Assembly (NCBI GenBank): GCA_951406725.2
Contig: OX597835.1
Coordinates: 46,810,001 to 46,874,000 of the forward strand
DNA length: 64,000 bases
Origin: Octopus vulgaris
Lineage: Eukaryota
Direction: 5' to 3'
The notes below the pieces were generated by a model. It worked only from the letters and a program-made list of their open reading frames with translations, had not been told where the DNA came from and ran no database searches. Shown here piece after piece: positions 54,882 to 64,000 of this stretch; the first letter of the stretch is position 1, and each line of letters opens with the position of its first letter. Position numbers and translations under genes: made by a program.

Positions 54882-55381
54882 CAGTAATACCTTACTTTGC
54901 GAGGGCCCTCTTTACGAGACTCCGGGTTTACGTGTTTTAGTTTTCCAGTACAAGATCCAAATTTTGAACAAAGTGCAAAAGTTCCTCCTACCATAACAAA
55001 TGTTTCTGTGTGTTACCGAGAAATTTATAGAGAGCGAAAAGAAGCTTCTTCTAAGCAAACAACTCTAGATTTGGATTTTAAGAAGAAACCTATAAGTCCG
55101 TCTACGAGTGCTTGTGAAAACGATTATAATAATAATTTCTTTTTATTCTAAATGATCTTGATATTCTTTCTACTTTACGTAAAATATTCTTTACATTCTA
55201 CTGTTGTTTTATTGCCATTTATATATAAGTATTATAAATACTATCGGTAAAATATTTTTCTGGGAACGAACATACATGATATAACATTGTTACTATGGAA
55301 AATTATTACTCTGCTTTACGAGTTTTCGCTTTACGAACGGTCTCCGGAAATAAATGAACTCGTTTCTCGAGGCATTAACTG
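54882..55381. mobile_element. Tigger/pogo-like non-autonomous element
   Basis: TA|CAGTAATACCT .. GAGGCATTAACTG|TA, with repeated TTTACGA subterminal motifs. Confidence 0.75.
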
Positions 55382-55731
55382 TATATTTTAAGAACAACAC
55401 TGCCTGTCACTTTTATGAATTTCAAATTTAATGAAATAAAAATTATATTAGAAATTATCAACTAAAACAATCTCATAATAAGTGATTATTTTTTTCAGTG
55501 GATTCCATTTTTTTGAATAAAATTAATTTCCAACAAGTTTTATTATAAAACATTTATCTAGCTGGAGCCTAAGAATTTTTTGAAAGAATCTACTTTATAG
55601 GAATATAAGTTGGTGCCTTTTCGATTTGCTTTCACGTGTGAAGGGAGGTAACTTAGGATTTGGTTATCTCCCTTGAAAATTGATGTAACACTGATTATTG
55701 TTTCCTTTGCAATATTTTTTCGTTCCAAAAC

Positions 55732-56125
55732 ACCGAGTTGGCAGAAACGTTAGCACGCCGGACGAAATGCTTAGCGGTACCTCGTTTGCCACCACGTTCT
55801 GAGTTCAAATTCTGGCGAGGTCGACATTGCCTTTCATCCTTTCGGGGTCGATTAAATAAGTACCAGTTACGCACTAGGATCGATATAATCGACTTAATCC
55901 GTTTGTCTGTCCTTGTTTGTTCCCTCTGTGTTTAGCCCCTTGTGGGTTGTAAATAAATAGGAATCTCGTCTGTCTTTATGTTTTGAGTTCAAATTCCACT
56001 TAGGTCGACTTTGCCTTTCATCCTTTCGATAAATTAAGCACCAGTTGCGTACTGGTGTCGATCTAATCGACTGGCTCCTTCACCAAAGATTTCGAGACTT
56101 GTGCCAAGAAAAGAAAAGAATATTT
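55732..56125 (+). mobile_element. SINE-A dimer
   Basis: Head plus two units; paralog at 58286-58695. Confidence 0.9.
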
Positions 56126-56154
56126 TCCCGTTCATTTATAAATGAAGAAGAGCT

Positions 56155-56348
56155 GTCACGAGAGCCGGAACAAGAGTCCTGCAAACCTCCACTTTAGAAC
56201 ATTTCCATGAAGCCTTTACAAAATGGCTGCAGCGCTACATGTGTATTAAAGTCAGAGAATCCACGAAGGAGTTTGGAGTGGAGTGGTTCTTTGAAATTAA
56301 TGAATTCTCACCTGAAAAGTCTCAAAACTTCTGGAATGCATCCCAGAG
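56155..56348 (+). mobile_element. mariner transposase C-terminus and probable 3' end
   Basis: TRVLQTSTLEHFHEAFTKWLQRY.MCIKV followed by TIR-like CAAAACTTCTGGAATGCA. Confidence 0.7.
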
Positions 56349-56454
56349 TGTGTGCATGCATGCGTATGTGTGTGGGTGTGTTTGTTTGTCTGTGTATGTG
56401 TGTGGGTGTGTTTGTTTGTCTGTGTGTGTGTGTATGTATATATATGTGTATATG

Positions 56455-56519
<65 letters not shown>

Positions 56520-56701
56520 AGGTTACATAAGTCACTAATTTGTCATTCTATAAGTTATCTAATCGATAATACGAGCAACAATAAAATAGTTACATGAAGT
56601 AAATATATATTATAGGTCACAGAAGATTGAGAACCGATGAAGTGGTAAGTTAATGACTGATTAAAAGCAATGACAGGGGAAGAGAACCACCGAACGTTCA
56701 C

Positions 56702-56747
<46 letters not shown>

Positions 56748-57819
56748 CTGAAATTTCATTTGAATATTTATAAACCACGATTTATATTTCAATGTATTGT
56801 TTTATGAATACTATCATTCGTAAAGAAATAATAGGTTATCAACCAGTAATTCATTGGGTACCTTTGTGCCAGGCACGTGCCGTCAGTAATTACTCAGCGT
56901 AGGCAGTTGGTGAGTTTTATTAAGTAAAACACACAGAAAATAAGCGAAAGACGGACGCGCGACTGAGTTGAAGGCAGATTTACTTCTGCCTTTTATAGCA
57001 CGTAAAGAAAACGGTGTTGTAGGAGTGTACGCGGTGCGTGTGCTACAGAAATACAATGCGTAGCTTAAATACTGAGACCGAAAAGCAGGGGAGAATTATG
57101 CCTACCGAATTCTACAAAAAATCTAATTCATAGTAATAATCAGAGTAACCTTCATAATTTTATTGAATTAGGTGCATATTTTGCCATAAAAGGAAAATGT
57201 TGCTATCGATCTATTTTATTCAAGGTAGGCACTGCCTACCTTGCCTACCCAGGTGGCACGTCCCAGCTTTATCCCTTAATGAGGCTGTTTTAACTTCTAC
57301 TTAAATACACACACATACAACTAAAAGGTATATATGACGGGCTTCTTTCAGTTTCCTCCCTACAAATTGTAGAGACTATGGTAAAAGATAGTTGCACAAG
57401 GTGCTAAGCAGTGGGACCGAAATCGTGACCCATGCCGTGGGGGAACAAACTTCTTGCTACTCAGCCACTCAAGCACCTGTGTATTTCTTATGAATATATT
57501 TGTTGCTATTTACCTGAGCTTTGGCATCGCCTGAAACCATTTTCTGCGGTAAGGCTTCTTTACACTGATTCTGTGGCGACACTCCATTATAGAAATTTTT
57601 TTCAATGTCCGCGAAACATTTACGTATACAGTAATACCTCACTTTACGTGGGCCCACTTTACGAGACTCCGGGTTTACGTGTTTTAGTTTTCCAGTACAA
57701 GATCCAAATTTTGAACAAAGTGCATAAGTTCCTCCTACCATAACAAATGTTTCTGTGTGTCCCCGAGAAATTTATAGAGAGCGAAAAAAAGCTTCTTCTA
57801 AGCAAACATCTCTAGATTT

Positions 57820-58008
57820 CAATAATAAATCTCTGAGCGAGATATAAACAGTAACTGCTCTACAACATAAGGGGGATCAGCCATCTGAATGTGGCTAGGG
57901 ACAGGGCGGGGTGACGTTGATGATCGCCTGGGGCTAAATGCATCAGTAACACCCCCACTACTCCGCCCTGTCCCTAGCCACATTCAGATGGCTGATCCCC
58001 CTTATGTT
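57820..58008. mobile_element. 189-bp fold-back insert with 12-bp TSD
   Basis: TSD ATCTCTAGATTT at 57808-57819 and 58009-58020; inverted repeat of about 46 bp; absent from the paralogous site near 55062. Confidence 0.88.
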
Positions 58009-58285
58009 ATCTCTAGATTTGTTTTTTAAGAAACCTATAAGTCCGTCTATGAATGCTTGTGAATCAGCGATCGCGTCTATACGTTTGATTATAATCAACA
58101 AGTTTGATAACAAAACATTTATCTAGCTGGAACATAGGAAAGTTTTCAACTTTTATGAACTATAGACTGCTGCATCTTTCTATTACCGTTCACGTATTAA
58201 GGGAGATAACTTCGCTTTGGGTTATCTCCCTTGAAATTTGATGTAACAGATTATTGTTTGCTTTGCAATATTTTTCCGTTCTGAA

Positions 58286-58695
58286 GCGGCGAACTGGCAG
58301 AAACGTTAGCGCGGCGGGCGAAATGATTAGCAGTATTTCGTCTGCCGTTACGTTCTGAGTTCAAATTCTGCCGAGGTCGACTTTATTTTTCAACCTTTTC
58401 GGGGTCGAAAAATAAAGTATCAGTTACGCACTGGGATCGATGTAATCGACTTAATCCGTTTGTCTGTCCTTGTTTGTCCCCTCTGTGTTTAGCCCCTTGT
58501 GGGTAGTAAACAAATAGAAATAGGTATTTCGTCTGTCTTTATGTTCTGAGTTCAAATTCCGGCGAGGTCGACTTTCTCTTTTATCCTTTCGGGGTCGATA
58601 ACTTAAGTACCAGTTGCGTATTGGTGTCGATCTAATCGACTACTCTCCTTCTCCAAAATTTCGGGACTTGTGCCTAGAGAAGAAAAGAATATTTT
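58286..58695 (+). mobile_element. SINE-A dimer
   Basis: Head plus two units. Confidence 0.9.
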
Positions 58696-58799
58696 TCCGT
58701 CCTCTTTTCTTTTTGTTCTTTTATAAATCATTCGGAAATTTGAAGAAGTTACGAGAGGAGACAGATAAGAAAGCAAGAGAAAAAGCAGGTGAAGCGGGG

Positions 58800-59155
58800 G
58801 AAGAAGGTACAACATCAGAAGGGAAGGCGACGATGGGCCACATGTCCCGAAACAAATGGTGTGGTCAGCCGTGCCGCGCTGTAATAACCGCGATGGCGCT
58901 GACGCTGAGAATGGACAGCGACACTCACTGCGGCACCTGCTCTACTTCGCGGAGCTCTTTTCTCCGACGGGTCACCGTTATCCCTATTTTCCAGAAGAAA
59001 TCGGTAGTACAGGGTCCTAGAATGCCTGATGTCCCGACAGCCACCCAGCACAAACTCGTAGCGGCCGGCCAGGCCTCTCTATTTGTTGGGTTTTTCTCTC
59101 CACTGCATTACTAATGGCGACACCCGGGTTTGCAGCCGGCGCAGCAAGGTTATTA
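58800..59155 (-). mobile_element. CRE-clade-like non-LTR retrotransposon C-terminal (RLE) fragment
   Basis: With frameshifts: NLAAPAANPGVA..EKK.NK*RGLAGRYEFV.VAVGTSGILGP..FFWKIG..ELREVE..Q*VSLSI; shorter paralog at about 54230-54350. Confidence 0.7.
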
Positions 59156-59334
59156 TCTTCTTTCAACTTGTTTCACTCATTGGACAGCGCCCTCACTGGA
59201 GCACCACTTTCATAGTTTTAGTTGAACACATCGTCTCCAATACATTAATCTGGCTTAAAATTGTTAGGGGGCTCTCGTTATAGTCCAGACGTTGCTCTCT
59301 GTAAGTTTTGGTTGTTCCCTAGCTGAATTAAGGC

Positions 59335-59367
<33 letters not shown>

Positions 59368-59385
59368 TGTATGTATGTATGTATG

Positions 59386-59419
<34 letters not shown>

Positions 59420-59423
59420 TGTA

Positions 59424-61025
59424 CAGTTGCGACCAAAATGTTCAGAACGGCATTGTTTTCGCCAGAAAAGTAGGTATACGTTTTTATCAAAGTTGTTTTA
59501 TTTTCTATAATTTTCACAGACAATAAATACGATATTAATTGTTATTGTCTGAGATTTTGGTGTAATTTGAGAGGATAATACAAAATTTATGGATGATTTA
59601 GGGATTTACTGCAAAACCCATGGCGGCCAAAATGATCAGAATGGTTGCTTTTATTCCGTGTTTTAGTATATTTAACCGGCGAACTCTAATGTTTTGAATT
59701 TGTTTACGTGATGGTTCGTTTACTAAACATTAGTAAGAATATCTGCAGTGTACTTTGTTAATATAATGCCACTTACTCCGTTACCAATTCGTCAGTAGAT
59801 TATTAAGCTTCGAAAGAAGGATAATTTAAGTATTGGGTCTATTGCAAAGATTGTTAACAAGTCAAAAAGTTTGTTCACTGTATTCTTAAGGTCTTCGATG
59901 ATTGTGGTTCGTGTTAAGCAAGAAAGTCTAAAGGTAGGCCAAGAAAAATGACCAAGAGAGAAGATCGTGCTTTGGTAAAGTTGATTAAAAAGGACAGATT
60001 TAAAACTGCTGCTGCTGTTTCTCGTGAAATGAGCATTGTACTCAAGAAAACTTTATCTCATAAAACTGTGTCTCGTCGTTTAGTTGAACATAACCTACAA
60101 GCAAGATCACCTGCAGTGAAGCCACTGATCAGCTCCAAAAATAAAAAAGTGTCGTCTTACCTTTGCAACCGAACATGTGTTGTGGTCTCAAGAAAAATGG
60201 CAAACGGTGCATTTCAGTAATGAATCTAAGTTTATGTTATTTGCCTCAAACGTTCGTTGAAAAGTAGGTGAAAAATTGTCGCCTAAATGCCTTAAGACTA
60301 GTGTTAAATTCGGTGGAGGAAGTGTCATGGTTTGGGGGATGATATCTGGAGATGGTGTGGGCTCTTTGGTGCGATTACACGGAAAGGTAAATGCAGGAGT
60401 TTATAAACAACTTGTAAAAGATCATGTCTTGCCTGTGCTGAGAAATTCAACTAAGCGACCACCCATATTCATGCAGGACAATGCCCTATGTCACAAGGCT
60501 AAGGTGGTCATGAACTTCCTCAAGGCTGAAAAGGGTATTATTATGGATTGGCCTGCTCAAACCCAGATCTCAATCCTATTAAAAATGTGTGGAATATTCT
60601 AGGAGAACGTTCGAAAGCCAGAAATCCTAAAACAACCGAGCAATTATGGAATGCCCTTCAGGAAGAATGGAATAAGACCACCTATCAAGAAATTGAAAAT
60701 TTAATTTCCTCATGCAGTCGAAGATGTCAAAGTGTGATTGAAGCTAAAGGGTTTCACACTAAATATTAAATAATTCCAGTATTCTCTGTCATTTTTGATT
60801 ATTTTGTTATTTTTTTCAACCGATCTGATCATGTTGGCTGCCATGGGTTTTGCAGTAAATCACTAAATCATCCATAACTTTTGTATTATCCTCTCAAATT
60901 ACACCAAAATCTCAGACAATAACAATTGTCTGTGAAAATTATAGAACATAAAACAACTTTGATAAAAACTCATACCTACTTTTCTGGCGAAAACAACGCC
61001 TTTCTGAACATTTTGGCCGCAACTG
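59424..61025 (+). mobile_element. full-length inactive Tc1 (DD34E) transposon inserted in (TATG)n
   Basis: TIRs of about 200-220 bp (59424-59640 / 60824-61025), CAGTTG..CAACTG ends, left TA, right flank CA. Confidence 0.96.
59766..60769 (+). pseudogene. Tc1 transposase pseudogene
   Basis: GRPRKMT, FSNESKF (D>N), VKFGGGSVMVWG, MQDNALCH, WPAQ.PDLNPIKNVW (E>K); 34-residue spacing; stops and frameshifts. Confidence 0.95.
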
Positions 61026-61346
61026 CATGTATGTATGTATGTATGTATGTATGTATGTATGTATGTATGTATGTATGTATGTATGTATGTATGTATGCAT
61101 GTATGTATGTATGTATGTATGTATGCATGCATGTATGTTCAGTTGCAGAATTCCTTACGTGCTAAGTATTTGAGCATGTATGAAGCTTGGAAAGGTGGCA
61201 TTACAATACTTAGGAACAAAGTTATCGTGAGCTGTAAGGGTGCATGTATATATCTTTACGTTTAATTATATATAAGCGCACATACACAAATGTATATATG
61301 TACATAGATACCCGATCTGCACGAAATGTGGATCCAACTCAGGGAC

Positions 61347-61431
<85 letters not shown>

Positions 61432-61686
61432 TTGGATCAGTGGTGGTACACTAGACGAGAGAAACTCTATATCTCGCACCCCACTGAGCCCCCAGGGTGA
61501 AACCGATCGGTGAGATCGAACGTAATGGAATATATAATGCTGAACACTTCGATTAATCTATACACACATATATATATAAAGGACAGAGGAGCGCAGAGTT
61601 CCAGATGTTGCTGTTTGTTAAATCAGAGTCGAGCGACATTTTGTTGATTCCTTCATTGGCTCTTTTACTGCTGGTGCTGCTGCTGC

Positions 61687-61729
<43 letters not shown>

Positions 61730-62091
61730 GAGCAACAAGACGGGTAAGGGTGATTAGGTGACGATCTAGGGCTTAGGGGCGGGAGACCCCAGACCTTGGA
61801 AAAGAAAAAAAAATTTTGTTCGCCTTGCTGTAATCGAGGTCTCTTCGTTGGCCTCCGACGCCAGTGGGAGGTGGCCCTCGAAGTCGCTGGAAATGGTGAT
61901 CTCCAGGTCCAAATTCTTGAACGGCTGCTGCTGCTACTACTACTACTGTTGTTGTTGACGATGTTGTTGTTGTTGTTTTTGTTGTTGTTGTTGGTGGTGG
62001 TGCTGTTAGTACTTCGTTGCAGTCACACTGATGGACTTAAAATACTGTGATGGTGCTACAAGTTTTGTCAATGTCCTTGTTCTGATGGATA

Positions 62092-62143
<52 letters not shown>

Positions 62144-62486
62144 TATGGTGGTGGTGGTGGTGGTGGTGGGTTTATTTATAATGTGGCGTTGATGGGGATG
62201 AACATGGTGTTGAAGGTAAAAAACGCTTGTTTATTGGTGATCTTGAGATGACGACACTGTTGTCGCTATTGTTGCTATTGTGAAAGGCAGCGGTGAAGAT
62301 GTTGCTGTATATTGTTCTGGCAGGTTCGTGATGATGATTATAATGATGATGATGATGATGATGACAACGTACACGACGATGGATAACGATGTCAATGAGA
62401 ATACATTCATACGGGTAGCTTTTTTACAAGGTCGGGTGTAACACTTGAATTGTGTTGGCTTTAAAGTGAAGATGTTAAAGTAAAAA

Positions 62487-62519
<33 letters not shown>

Positions 62520-62568
62520 AACGAGAATACCTATATGAACTACTAAATAATTATATGTGTGTGTGTGT

Positions 62569-62641
<73 letters not shown>

Positions 62642-63294
62642 GTGTGTAACGAAACAAACAGATAAATGAAGAAACAGTGTCTTTTGTAATCGTCACTTAC
62701 CTCAGAAGAAAGATTGAAGTCGCCGTGAAAGGCGGCCGGTTAAGCAGCACCTCCTTGAGAAGATGTGAAGGAGGAGGCGAACGGTCTTCGCTGAGATATT
62801 TCAAACCTTTCGCCAAACATTGCATGTGTGTGTGTGCACGTGTGTGCTTATGTGGGTATGTATGTATCCTTGCATTTGTGTGTGTGTGTGTGTGTGTGTG
62901 TAAACAGATATTTGTATCTATATATTATTACATACATCTATATACATACATATATACAGATATATATATACGTACTATATGTATAAGTATATATATATAT
63001 ATATGTATATATATGTCTAAATGTAAAAACACAGATATATATGCATACATATACGTGTATAAATGTATATGTGTGCATATATGTGTGTGTGTGTGTGTGT
63101 GTGTATACATATATATAAAGATAAAACTTACTTGGAAATGGATGCGTGGCGTTCAATCAAATAATAATATAAATAACATATATATATATTATTTATATAT
63201 GTATGTATATATATTTATATATATGTGTGTGTGTGTGTATACATACATACATATATACATATACATATATGTATATATGTATATATATATATAG

Positions 63295-63345
<51 letters not shown>

Positions 63346-64000
63346 TACACACATTCATACATATATATATACATTTGTGCATATGTATATATGTGTATTT
63401 CTGTGTGCGCGCGCGCTTTTACGAAATTATTTAGTTAAAAGGGAAGAGAAAGACCAAGTTGCGGGGGGTGGGGATAAAAGTTATGAAGATGAAGACGGTT
63501 AACGGGTGGCTGGGTAGTATGAGGAACGTGCTGTTGAATGACCTTCGAATGTGTCCACCCCCTCCACGTTATTCATAGCCAGGTGAGATCAATACATCTG
63601 TGGTTTGCGGCTGACTTGTATTTTTCTTAAGTGTCTGGTGTGTTTGGCTTCAACATCTGTAGGTTAGTTTTGACGTGTTTAGCTTCATCAGTTCAAGGCC
63701 GTGGTTGACGCGTTTAGCTTGACGGTACAAGTCGATACATCTGTAGTTTGAGATCGATATGTTTAGATTCATGACTTGTTGGTTTTAGCCGTTGTCAATG
63801 GGCAATATCGAAGAGAGGTAACTCTGGGCAGATTTACAACTGTAGCTTTAATTAAAACACAGTCAACAACGTTAGTGATTTGCGCTATTAGAATCGCAGC
63901 ATCTGGGAATCCGACAGAGGGCAGTACTGGACAGGTATGGTGATTTTACACCTTTTTCTATAAGTGAGAATTTTTTTCTCCACGGTAACCGCAGTGGATT

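Larger units (their letters stand above)
53943..58727 (+). repeat. local tandem duplication (about 53943-56143 vs 57126-58727)
   Basis: Colinear blocks 53943-54128/57126-57278, 54593-55120/57339-58062 and 55548-56143/58113-58727. Confidence 0.9.

Noticed and set aside
58614-59114. 166-aa plus-strand ORF
   Set aside because: Starts within a SINE and lies antisense to a CRE-like remnant
61490-61520. CTGAG..GAAACCGATCGGT as a hammerhead
   Set aside because: Core lacks G8/A9 and there is no NUH triplet

Overview
Repeat-dense, AT-rich metazoan DNA with no intact protein-coding gene. Nearly all listed ORFs are microsatellite or SINE artefacts. The SINE families and simple-repeat load suggest an octopod cephalopod, which is an inference from recalled repeats, not a database result. 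The window holds many copies of three tRNA-derived SINE types and decayed LINEs (RTE, Tx1/L1, CR1, CRE-like). It also holds a Penelope-like GIY-YIG fragment, a full-length dead Tc1, mariner fragments, hAT/Tc1/Tigger-type MITEs, two Helitron-like elements and a local duplication. The most notable system is a set of non-coding, retrozyme-like inserts carrying minimal type-I hammerhead ribozymes (HHR). One is a young 543-bp tandem/inverted array at 52005-53897, where the inversion junction falls at the predicted self-cleavage site; the 6.4-6.7 kb insert shows the same. Across families the HHR 3-8 pair covaries (C-G, G-C, U-A). The two main SINEs each share a 3' tail with a different LINE in this window (Tx1 and CR1). 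Repeat boundaries were read by eye and are approximate unless TSDs or TIRs are quoted.
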